Source: Octopus bimaculoides (lineage: Eukaryota). From it: a stretch of DNA of 64,000 nucleotides. The stretch lies in NCBI RefSeq assembly GCF_001194135.2, contig NC_068984.1, positions 20,312,759-20,376,758 of the forward strand, written 5' to 3'. Made by a program: the position numbers and the translations under genes. Of this stretch, positions 12,885 to 25,115 are shown piece after piece. The notes beneath the pieces were generated by a model. The model was not told the DNA's origin and searched no databases. It was given only the letters and a program-made list of their open reading frames with translations. Each line of letters begins with the position of its first letter. The stretch's first letter is position 1.

Positions 12885-15800
12885 GTAATCTTTTGTTTCT
12901 TTTTGCTTCAATCAATAGTTGAGTGTAATAAAAAAAAAAAAGAAAATGACTTCATCAATCTGCGTCAATAATATTCCCGTTACTGCAGAGGTGTTTTTTT
13001 TTTTTTTTTCATTTGAAACAAATTTTTTCCCTCGGAAATCTTGTCAGTTGTTTATTCTTTCATGATACACACGTGTTTTGTTTGTTTGTGCGTGTGTGCA
13101 TATGCATGAGTACGCGTGCGAGAGAGCGCTTTACGTAATTACCAGATTCGATGGTGGTCTTTGGAGAGTGAGAAATAAGTGCCATAAAGTTTAAGACACC
13201 TCATTAAATCACTTGAAATGTTATTGCTACGCAGTTCGTGAAAAATAAAATACTTTAATATAGTTTAACACTTTGTTTATCAAAGAAAAGAGAGAGGGAG
13301 AGAAAAGAAAACATAAACGATTTTGTAAATTATAAACAACAGTTTTTGAGCTTTCGTAATCATATTTTGAAATCCGTCATTTCCAGATGTTCTCCAAATT
13401 CAATTTCTTTTTATTTACTTTTCAATTAGTAAACACTTTTGAAATTTACTGTTTTATGCATTGTTACATCATTAGAGGGTTAGAGAAGGAATAAAGATTT
13501 TTAAAATAATAATAAATAGTGTTTTGGCAACAAACTCTTAAATAAATTATTGTTGTTTGTGTTGTAACAATGAAAAATAAACAGCGCATTAACAAGGAAG
13601 CGAAATAGTGTCGACGTATAATATAAACATCTGGGATAAAAAATTTTTAAAATTACGAAGAGCAGATAACTCGTGTTGACATATTTAATTTTAATTAAGT
13701 TTATCAATATCTTTTGATTAGAACTAATTTTTGCTATTTTACTCAGTATACTGATATGTTTTCATTCTGATAAGTCACTATTGGTTAAAGAACTAAATAA
13801 GGATTTAATCTTTATTCGCCTGTCTGTGTAAATACTTCCCCTGTGAAATCTGCTTTTGGCTCCAGACAACTCTGTTTAGTGACTTACTTCCGAGAGCATT
13901 AACAGTAACATAATTTAGAAGAGATAATTCCTGAATCAAGGTTATGTGATTATATAAGCGTTCCAATATAATTTTATTTTGCATTGTTAATAAAAGCGAT
14001 TGCTTTTAGCTACTTTTTAAATATTTCTTTAATAACAATAATAATTGTTTCTAATATAGGCAGCAGACCTGAAATTTGTGGGAGAGGAATTAGTCGGTTA
14101 CATCAACCTTAGAACTCGACTTCGTAAGAATGAAAGGCAAAATTGACCCCAGCAGGATTTGAACTCAGAACGTAAACAAGCCGGAAGAAATGCCGCTAAG
14201 CGTTTTGTCCGATGCACTAACGATTCTCCCAGTTTGATTAATAACAATCGTGTATAGCCCTACTAAATTTCGAAAAAGTGTTATGTAATCCACTCTTTTT
14301 ACTGAAATTTCCCTCTCAGCTTGAGAAACTAAACAAAATCTTTACGATACTTGTTGGCGACTCTCAAAGGGAATGGGAGATATCATCATTTAACGTCCGT
14401 TTTCTATGTTGGCATGGGTTGGACGATTTGACAAAAGCTAGCTAGCTGAAGAGCTACCCAGCTCCATTTTTGTTTTTGCATGGTTTCTACGGTTGGGTGC
14501 CCTTCCTGATGCCAACCGCTTTACATAGTGTACTGCGTGCGTTTACGTGGCACCAGTACGAGTGATTTTTATGTGGCACCAGCACGAGTGCTTTTTACGT
14601 GGCACCAGCACCTACGAGCTTGCAAGATTAGGAATGCTTAGTTGGAGTGGGGGCATGGGACAAGTCTGTATGCAAGGACTACCACGCTTTTACTTAGCTT
14701 GATATGTCTTTTGAAGCACAGCAAACCTCCAGGAGTCTTAGCCCTCTGTCATCCCATCTGTGAGTCCTAACGTCTGTAGATCCTTTCTCACCATATCGTC
14801 CCATGTTTAAAAACCTTTTTAACTTTCATAATATATATTTACATGCTTAAGGGGGACATGCTGTTTGCAGGCAAGAAGACATCTGGTCTTAGTTTACAGA
14901 CAAGGGGACAACTATTGACACGTTTCTGTGTTATTTAGTCCTCATTATCATAACAATTTACTCAAATCTATCTTGATCAATTGAAATTAGTTTTCAGATA
15001 CAGAAAAAAAAGTTTCGACTAGAAATAATTTGTATGTTTGAAAAAATTAAGTAAGTCACAAGCAGTGTAGGTTCCCAGTGCCTGTGACGAGGCAAGTAAT
15101 TCTAGGATGTCACACTATTTTGCTTATTCATTATTTCTATTTTATTTATTCTGAAAATTTCCTCCCAGGACAGCTACCCATGTGACACCACCCACATAAT
15201 GTCACTGGCTATAGGAAATAGCACAACTGGATCAATAATGTGACCTAGATAAATAAATTAAGAGGTAAGATACTGAACAGCATGTAAAAAAATTCTCAGT
15301 TAAGATTTCACCTCTCAGCTGGAGGGAAAAAAAAAATCGGGCGATGATTATCAGGAAATCTCAACAAAAAGGGGAGATAATTTCAAGAAATTAAAAAGGT
15401 TCATAAAATTTATCGACCAAGTTAGTAGTGGGGGTGGGTGCGCTGAAAGTGTAGCTGCTAGAATAAGAATAGCCTGGGCAAAGTTTAGAGAGCTCTTACC
15501 CCTGCTGGCGACAAAGGGACTCTCACTCAGAGTAAAAGGCAGACTGTATGACGCATGCATACGAACAACCATGCTACATGGCAGTGAAACATGGGCTGTA
15601 ACTGCTGAGGACATACGTAAGCTCGCAAGGAATGAAGCCAGTATGCTCCGTTGGATGTGTAATGTCAATGTGAATACCCGTCAGAGTGTAAGTATCTTGA
15701 GAGAAAAGCTGAACATTAGAAGCATCAGTTGTGGCGTGCNNNNNNNNNNNNNNNNNNNNNNNNNNNNNNNNNNNNNNNNNNNNNNNNNNNNNNNNNNNNN

Positions 15801-18800
15801 NNNNNNNNNNNNNNNNNNNNNNNNNNNNNNNNNNNNNNNNNNNNNNNNNNNNNNNNNNNNNNNNNNNNNNNNNNNNNNNNNNNNNNNNNNNNNNNNNNNN
15901 NNNNNNNNNNNNNNNNNNNNNNNNNNNNNNNNNNNNNNNNNNNNNNNNNNNNNNNNNNNNNNNNNNNNNNNNNNNNNNNNNNNNNNNNNNNNNNNNNNNN
16001 NNNNNNNNNNNNNNNNNNNNNNNNNNNNNNNNNNNNNNNNNNNNNNNNNNNNNNNNNNNNNNNNNNNNNNNNNNNNNNNNNNNNNNNNNNNNNNNNNNNN
16101 NNNNNNNNNNNNGTAGGATTTTTGAGCGAGATCGTTGCCAGTGCCCCTGGACTGGCTTGTGCGGGTGGCACATAAAAAGACACCATTTCGTGCAGGTGAC
16201 ACGTAAAAGCACCCACTACACTCTCTGAGTGGTTGGCGTTAGGAAGGGCATCCAGCTGTAGAAACTCTGCCAAATCAGACTGGAGCCTGGTGTTGCCATC
16301 CGGTTTCACCAGTCCTCAGTCAAATCGTCCAACCCATGCTAGCATGGAAAGCGGACGTTAAACGATGATGATGATGATGATGATGACATGCTTAAACTGT
16401 GACCATCATGTCATTTTCTCAGATACATTACACTCATGACCACATTATTAAATGTGTTCTTTCTATGACTTTGAGATGTGTTTGAAGAAAATTTCGTTGC
16501 TGTTTTTGTGCAGATTGTTTCACTCTGTTTGGCTCCAAAGTTGTTGGGTTGATCATATCAGGTCTAACTGAAAACAGCCTTTGTCATAGGTAATCAGACA
16601 TCTCAAGTCAACATACAGTGAACTCAACATTTATAAATATATATATCCATGGTGTGTGCATGTGTATGTATGTACATACATACATATACACACACATATA
16701 TATATATATCTTATAGTAAAAATGGATACATAAGGGTGGAAAATCACAGGAACAATACCATATGTCCAACGTAAGATACAATATGTGTGTTCAATTCCTT
16801 CAAGAATCAATAAATGAATTTATAGTATTCAGTCTCTAAAGTGTCTAAAAGGTACGGTAAAAAGACCAGCAAATACAACAATAATCCTGTCCTAATGTAC
16901 ACGTTCTTAATATAATACATGTAAATTTATAACTTCATCATACCGTATATATTTACCCATTATATGTTATATCATAATGTATGTTTACACATCGTAATGT
17001 TTTAACTTTAATTTGTCATATTTTTATACAACTTAGAAATCATGCATATTTATAAATATTCTTTTAATAAATATTTTGAACATTCATGATATTTCTAAAG
17101 TTTTTATTGTTGTATTTGCTGGTCTTTTTACCGTACCTTTTAGACACTTTAGAGACTGAATACTATAAATTCATTTATTGATTCTTGAAGGAATTGAACA
17201 CACATATTGTATCTTACGTTGGACATATGGTATTGTTCCTGTGATTTTCCACCCTTATGTATCCATTTTTACTATAAGANNNNNNNNNNNNNNNNNNNNN
17301 NNNNNNNNNNNNNNNNNNNNNNNNNNNNNNNNNNNNNNNNNNNNNNNNNNNNNNNNNNNNNNNNNNNNNNNNNNNNNNNNNNNNNNNNNNNNNNNNNNNN
17401 NNNNNNNNNNNNNNNNNNNNNNNNNNNNNNNNNNNNNNNNNNNNNNNNNNNNNNNNNNNNNNNNNNNNNNNNNNNNNNNNNNNNNNNNNNNTATATATAT
17501 ATATATATATATATATATGGATGAGGACAGCTATGTGTCACACCCTAGCAGTAGAGGGAACCTGTGGAAGAGGTAGACTCAGGAAGACCTGGAGTGAGGT
17601 GGTGAAGCATGACCTTTGAATGTTAGGCCTCATGAAGGTATGACGAGTGATCGAGACCTTTGGAGATATGCTGTGCTTAAGAAGACCCAGCAAGCCAAGT
17701 GAGACCCTAACCATGGCCTATGCTAGTGTAGTATAACCAGCCCATTTAAGAGTACCTTTCAATACTGGACAATAAACTGTGCTTGCAAAGACCTGTTGAG
17801 TCAAGTGAAGTCATTCTCGTTGCCAATGACAGTCCCGCCTGACTGGTCCCATGCCAGTGGCATGTAAAAAGCACTGTTCAAGCATGGTCATTGCCAGTGC
17901 TGCTGGACTGGCTCCCATGCCGGTGGCATGCAAAAAACACCATTTGAGCATGGTCGTTGCCAGTGCCACCTGACTGGCTCCCATGCCAGTGGCACATAAA
18001 AAGCACCCACTAGACTCTTGGAGTAGTTAGCGTTAAGAAGGGCAATAGAAATTCTGTGTGTGTGTGTGCATGCGCTTGTCTACTTGCCTTGATAGGCTGT
18101 TGATTCTTACTTGTGGATCATTGAAGAGTTTCTCAAACCTGTCCACCTATGCCAAGCTGGAAAATTAAATGCATAGCAATGATAAATAGGAATATTGAAT
18201 AAGAAGTTTATCTTATTTTTATTTCTTATTTCAGATGTGCTGTCATCTTGTAGTTACATTTGGGAATATAGAGGCAGTGCTTTTGTTTCTTGTGAGGCAT
18301 ATGAATTATGATATATTCTCCACCATCTTTATATACTGCTTCATACAATTACTTTTATCTAATTATTATATTTGCAGGTACATTTTGATGACAGTCAGTT
18401 TGAATACAAACACACACCTGAGGGGACTGGCAGGTGTTTGAAACCAGGTGCTATTCCAACACTATTTGATATGCAGTCTGGAACCATTTGTCAGTCTAAT
18501 TTAACTTCCCTTCACACTAGCCAATCCCGGAGACATAAGAAAATTGTTGGTGAGTTCAATCCCATACTGTGTTTGTCAAATCTCGAGCAGAGAAACCATC
18601 AACTACCAGGGCTGTCAAAACATACAAGTATTTCTACAAACATCTTCAATGCTACAAGCAGTCACAATATTATTGATATGAACTTCTTTAAAAAGAAACA
18701 GACTGAGAAAATAGTTAATTCTCTTCCTATTACTTCATACATTGATGAACAGACAAACTTTTCTCAGCTTTCAAATCAAATTCAATACAACTATCACAGG

Positions 18801-19760
18801 AAACCTCAAGCCCCAGGCTCTAATGATACACTAACATTTCCTTCCAAAAGAATGGAGTCTATTCATCAACCAAATCTTTCTCTTCCAACTAATGAAAGTG
18901 TTGCTTCTATGTTGCCTGTTCCTTCACACCATCTTCTACATACTGAATCACCTAATGTAAATTTACAGCCTCTTCTACAACCTGGAGAAATTAAAGTAGA
19001 GTATGTAGAAGACTCTTCTCAGAACTCAGAAGAGAGAAACATTGGTGAACAAGTAAAGACCACCTCACCTCATCTTTCATCCCCCAAATTACATACTGTT
19101 AAATTATCCAGTGAAAATATTCAAAATCCATTGTTACAAGATCAAGCAGAAACTTCGGAAATGTATCCTCAGACCCATCTTGGAAATTTTTCTTCATTGA
19201 TGTCCCATGAGTCAAAAGAACCTAGAAACTATCCAAGCAACACTACATTGATAAAGGATATTGAAATTGAGTCAAATGCTTCTAAAGATGAAGAAGATCT
19301 TCAGTTTCAGAGACTGTCTGATCAATCAGATGTTGGCATAAAGAAAGACACAGTGAAGACTATAAAAAGTCATTTCAGTCCAACTATTTCTTTACATTCC
19401 AATTCAATTTACAATCAAGGTTTACAATATTCATCTCAGTCCAATGTCACAAAAGTCGAAACTTCCATATTAAAATCTCCTGTGACTACCCCTGATGTGC
19501 TTGTCAATGAAATTGAATCAAAACACTCATATTACTTTCATATGTCAAGTGACTCACGGATACAAACATCTGAACCAAATGAGAATATTAGCAAGCAGGA
19601 TTTAGAATGCCATAGATTTGTAAGGGGAGCTCAGAACCTAGAGAATAATGAATCTTTTAATAATAGAGTTGATATAAGAAATATTGGGCCGTGTTATACA
19701 CCAATCTCTGAATCAGGTAACATATCAATTTATTATTACCTTCTTTCTGTGCAGAGAGCA

Positions 19761-19808
<48 letters not shown>

Positions 19809-20645
19809 ATCGTGTATCATTACTTCCCAGATTTCTGACTCTCTAAAGCTCTCTCCCCACTCATATTTTTATTTTTAACTGAAGACATTGGTTTATACGA
19901 GTTCAAATTGAATATCAGTTGCATTGGTCTCCTTAATTTTAGTAAAGTTTGCAAACAGTGGCTTTTCCTCCACAAATGCATTGCATAAAAATGCCTAGTG
20001 TATGAAAAATGGATGCAAATAACAAATCCAATATTGATAAATACATTTTGTAGGAGACTTCTTAAAGGAGGGTACATACATGCTACATGTAACCTACTTC
20101 AAATATATTGTTTTGATTTTTTTATACTCTAATTTAGATACCAGAACTTGCCACTACCTGCAAGTTCATAAAAAAGTTCCTATTGTCTTTTGGTTAAATA
20201 AATATTTAATGTATTATTAACGCCATTTTTCTCTCTTTTTCTTAATCTAGTATCAACAAGTCCAAGAGTTACAAAGTTCCATGAAAGAATCAGTCCAAAT
20301 ATTATGCAAAAAAGAGACAAACAATTGCCAAAAAGTAGAATTAACCATAAACTTGTATCAGTGGAAAATTTACATCGGAAATTGAAAGAAGAAAAGAGAA
20401 AATGTCAAAAATTGAGACTCGAGAACCAAAAGTTGAGAAAACAACTTGGTCCTCTTCGGAATTTGCAAAACTGGATTAACAGGCTTCTTAACACTAATGA
20501 AAGCAACCAGTTTGAAGAACTGAACTTTCGAGAAAACTCAACTGATACACTTCAAAAGGCTCTTAAACTCTGTTCTACAGTATGTGGTTATTTATGCAAT
20601 GTTGTCAGTCTTCCATTTTATTCAAATATTACTAGATCAATATAG
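12714..20645 (+). CDS. THAP (C2CH) zinc-finger protein, 634 aa; exons 12714-12884, 18378-19716, 20251-20645; C-terminal coiled coil and P-element-transposase-like stub
   Basis: Exon 1 MVGCSAPNC...FP...W...LCE|gtaatc joins cag|VHF...LKPGAIPTLF, completing the THAP signature (C4, C9, P, W, C56, H59, F, AVPTIF box). Phases 0 and 1 match, and 171+1339+395=1905 nt is open to the TAG. Confidence 0.88.
15416..16385 (+). mobile_element. 5'-truncated RTE LINE (ORF C-terminus, gap, 3' UTR, (GAT)n tail) in THAP intron 1
   Basis: DQVSSGGGCAESVAARIRIAWAKFRELLPLL...MLHGSETW...MLRWMC is the typical RTE post-RT region; tail matches other copies. Confidence 0.88.
17515..18050 (+). mobile_element. Older RTE LINE 3' fragment
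   Basis: MDEDS...EGTCGRGRxRKTWSEVVKHDL-like terminus plus 3' UTR repeats. Confidence 0.75.
18378..19716 (+). CDS. THAP gene exon 2 (end of THAP domain plus long S/N/Q/E-rich linker)
   Basis: tttgcag acceptor, 1339-nt open frame, CAG|gtaaca donor. Confidence 0.85.
19764..19807 (+). repeat. (GT)n microsatellite just downstream of the THAP exon 2 donor
   Basis: Directly visible. Confidence 0.95.
20251..20645 (+). CDS. THAP gene exon 3 (coiled coil; ends at TAG 20643-20645)
   Basis: polypyrimidine + ctag acceptor in phase 1; LHRKLKEEKRKCQKLRLENQKLRKQL heptads; TDTLQKALKL motif. Confidence 0.75.
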
Positions 20646-23600
20646 AAGAATAAGTATTACCATAACTCTTCTTTCTTTGAGTAGTTTTTACTCCAGTGAT
20701 GCAGAAGTAAGAATTCCTTACCTTTAAAGTTAAGGCACCAGATGAACCATATAGACATAAGTTCAAACCTTCCTACAACAGCTATTTATTATGTCTTGTA
20801 CTTGAACTTGATATATAATTGTGCTTGTTATGCTTGTCTGGATAGCAACAGATTTCACAGTAAAATGAAGTTTGAAACAAGTAAATCTACTTGCTCAGAG
20901 ATATATTGCAATTCCCACAGTTTGATATCCATTCACAACAGAATATTGCAGTGTTATCTTACAATAATTCCTAAGCGATGAAATAGAACTGAAATTACAG
21001 CAGTATTGGTTGGTCAAAGGTTGGCTACGAAATGCTAAAAGAAGTTTAAATATGACAGAGCCTCACTATTAGTGAAATAAGAATGTAAATAGATTCTTTC
21101 TATACTATTGACATGTGGGAAAATATGGGTGAGAGTCTCCTGACTCTCCAATCAACAGCATAGATCAGCTACTTTTAAAGCAGTCATCAGTTATGCCAGC
21201 ATCATAGTGGATACCCTAATTAGAAAGAATGCATTTACTTTCTTATTTAACCTGCAGTAGATTTTGTAATATTCAAATTTATTTCACTTCTGATTTATGC
21301 AGTATTGTTCATTAATAGAATAAGAAGTATTCCACACCCAAAACATTATTTGCTCAGGAGTATAACTGGTTATGATTCTCTTTAAAAAAAATACTGCATC
21401 TGTTTCTGATAGCTACTCCTTGAATAAGGAGTAACAAAGTGTGTGTTTAAATTAAATTTTTTTATTATTATCAGCTTTAATTGTCATTTTAAATAAGCTA
21501 AATATAAAATGTACTTTACCATGAAAAATATAATAATAAAAATAATAATCCTTTCTACGAAAGGTACATGGCCTGAAATTTGGGGGAGGGGGATAGTTGA
21601 TTACATTGAGCTCAGTGCAGAATTGGTACTTTTTTTCAAACTCAAAATAGTGAAAGGCAAATTAGCCTTGGTAGAATTTCATCTCAGAATTTAAAAAGCC
21701 AGAAGAAAAGCTGCTAGACATTTTGTCTACTGCCCTAATTGTTCTGTCATTTCATTGCCTCGTAATTGTTTCCGATATAGGCACAAAGTGAGCATATTTC
21801 AGGAGAGAGGTTTGTTGTCTTTATTTGTTTGTCAACTACTTTACACAGCTTTATGATGTCAGCATTCGTAAGGTTACCTTGTACTTCTGAAGCCTATAGT
21901 GTGTATATATACAATCATCATTTAATATCCACTTTTCCATGCTTGCATGGGTTAGATGGAATTCGTCTCAGTAAATTTTATATGTATACATACCCTTCCT
22001 ATTGACAACCCTCACCTGTTATTGAGCAATATTTCCTGTGGCCAGACAGGTTTTTACGAAAAATGTGCAGAATTGTAATACTTATTTAACGATCATAGTT
22101 ACAGGCTACATGCCTGACCCTCTCATACTTGTTCTGCAGTTTAGAATTAACTTATTTAGTTACTGTATTTTGCCTGTGCCATTTATTGTAGTCATTAGCC
22201 TCAGAACTTGTCTTCTAAACTGGGAGAAGTATAGATTTTTTAATATATAGCTTCTTGCAATAGCTTACTACCATTAGCTCAATTCCTCCTGGTCCAAATG
22301 CTCATTCATAGTTAAATTACATATTGTTACCTTTCAATATACAACTACAGTTGCACAATTGTTTGTCTGGTGTGATTAGGATTTTCAAACTGCATTCTTT
22401 CAGAGAAAGCTGTAGCTTTCAATCCAACAACTATTCTAACATTTAAGAATTTGCCATGTAAAGCTCCCTACTCATATTTTTTCTGCTAGTGCATACAATA
22501 GAATTATGGGTTTACAGTTCACTTACAAACTGTTAGTAAATTGTGTTTCTTCAACACAGAAAATCAGTGTGGGTTTTTTTTTTTTTTTTGTTAAAGTGTG
22601 TTTCAGTTGATTTTCTTTGCTCTAGATTATAGATTATTCGGATGATTTTCGCACAAACTCTTCTTTTATTCATGTGGTATTACTTCACAGAATTATTGTG
22701 AGATAATAATTTCTTCATAATATTTGGTGGGATTAGAATTTTGAATTTGAAATTAAGGAACAAGCAAAAAAAATTGCATAGAATACTTATTTAATTACTT
22801 ATTTATTATGAAATTAATTAAATATTTTAATGAAGCAAGACTTTTTTGTAGATGAGAAATAATTAGTCTGAAAGAAATTTATGGAAATTGTATTTCCTTT
22901 TTCTTCGTAGATTGTAAGTTAATTTCTTTTTGCTGTCAGCTTGATTTTTTTTTTTTTCAAAGAACCCCTTTATTTTTGTAGATCCATCATTGTATGTATC
23001 ATGTGTGAATTAAGTGTGTGCTTCTCAATATCCAGTACTAATTGTAAATTCCTTCAGTGAGCTTTTAATTGGAATTACTAAAGGACTTCTTTTGGCAGCT
23101 AATTAATTTTTTGACTGGGTTTGACTCACTAAAAACTCTTTGCTTAAATATGTAAATAGATGGATTAAATTTGGAAAAATATTTTTAGATTATTTGACTG
23201 TGTTATAACATCATTAGCACTGACAAATTATAATCTTACACTTATTTTTTCCAAAGACAAACATGTTTTTTTAGTAACAATGGAAATTTTTCTGAACAAT
23301 TTTCTGTGATGAGCCTAAATATAAAGTGCTAAAATATTGTCAGAAAATTTTTTTGTGCAAAACTATTGATAATTTTTTAGAAGAATCTTCCATAGTTCAG
23401 ACATGCTAAAAGATCATTAATGCACTTAATTTCCACTACTTTGAAAATCTACAAATCGGCTGCCTGAAGAAGAGACAATACTTAGATTTATATTACAGAA
23501 GAGAAAAGAACAAATTACTTATCAAAACATGGTGAAAAGTTAATTTGAAAGATATTTGGTGTTTCTGATTTTACCAGAATATTAGGTTGTGAAATGTTTT

Positions 23601-23851
23601 CAATAGAAACATGTTAAATTAAAATAAATATTGAGTAAAAGAAAATTTACAAAATCAAGGTAAATTTTATCCTTTGCTATATTTTACACACAGATTATAT
23701 CTTGTAAAACAAAAATTCAATGTACAGATGGAACAATATTATTATTATTTCTTATGTAAAATAAATGTGCTTAACTACTCTGTTATTAAAATGCCAATTT
23801 GTTCTGATTGTTGTTGTTGTTGTTATCATTATTATTATTATTATTATTATT

Positions 23852-24610
23852 AAGGTGGTGAGCTGGCAGAATCCTTAGCATGCTGAACAAGACGCTTAGT
23901 GGTATTTTGTCCATCACTATTTTCTGAGTTCAAATTCTGCTGAGATTGACATTGCCTTTCATTCTTTCAGGGTTGATAAATTAAGTACCAGTGAAACACT
24001 GAGGTTGATGTAATCGACTATTCCTCTCCCCCAAATTTCAGGCCTTGTACCTATAGTAGAAAGGATTATTACTATTATTATTATTAATGTGGTCAGCTGG
24101 CAGAATCATAACCATGTCAGACTAAATGCTTTGTGGCATTTGATCTGACTCTTTACATTGTGTGTTCAAATCCCACCACAGTCAACTTAGCCTTTCATTC
24201 TTTTGGAGTTGATAAAATAAAATATCAGTTATGTATAGAGATCAATGTAATCAACTTCCTCCTCCCCTCAAAACTGTTGGCTTTGCATCAAATTTTAAAA
24301 CCATTATTATCATTATAACTATGGCGGTGAGCTGGGAGTATTATTAACACATCAGACAAAATGCTTAGTAGCATTTCTTATGGTTCTTTATATTCTGAGG
24401 TCAAATACTGCCGAGGTCAACTTGGCTTTCATCCTTTCGAGGTCAATAAAATAAGGTACCAATCAACATAAATGACTTACTCCTTTCCTCGAAACTGCTG
24501 GTCTTGTACCAAAAGTGGAAAGAATCTTAAGGCTGCAAGCTGGCAGAATTGTTAGCACATCAGACAAAATGCTTAATGGCATTTCTCTTGGCTCTTTATG
24601 TTCTGAGTTC
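23852..24610 (+). mobile_element. Cluster of four head-to-tail Meta-type SINEs (last truncated by an RTE tail)
   Basis: Four aagg/atgg(t/c)ggtgagctggcagaa heads separated by (TTA)n. Confidence 0.8.
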
Positions 24611-25115
24611 ATCTTCATCACTTAATGTCCATTTTCCATGCTGGCATGGGTAGGTCAGTTTGACAGGAACTGGCAAGTCAGAAGATTGCACAAAGCTCTG
24701 CTGTTTTAGTATGATTTCTATAGCTGGGTGCCCTTCCTATTACCTATCACTTTACAGAGTGTACTGGGTGCTTTTTATGTGGCATCGGCAGCAGTGAGAT
24801 CACCAAGTAGCTTGCAGGACAAGACCTCCTCAATTGAGCTGGAGAGTAGTATTGGGGGACAGAAAAAGGTGTCTTGCATTCAAAGAAATACATGGCTACC
24901 TCAAATGCAGAGAGGAGGCAGGGCAACATACCCAAGCTAAAGAGTAGTGTATATAGTGGAATAGAGGTGGGTAGGTAGAAGAGTTCACAAGATTTCGAAA
25001 GGAGAGTGGGAGCTAGAGGTTGAGGGAAGGGGGTTTAACAGGGTTGCATTGTATGCAGGTAGGAAAGGGGATACCTGAGGGGGAATCAGCAGTGATGAGC
25101 ATGGATGGGCTGCAG
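24610..25115 (-). mobile_element. RTE-tailed non-autonomous element; related copies near 14380-14800, 53900-54290, 58210-58620
   Basis: RTE 3' tail followed by a shared GA-rich body. Confidence 0.55.

Noticed and set aside
23852-23950. tRNA-like A/B boxes
   Set aside because: SINE heads continuing into Meta/CORE domains; no complete cloverleaf. No true tRNA genes were seen.
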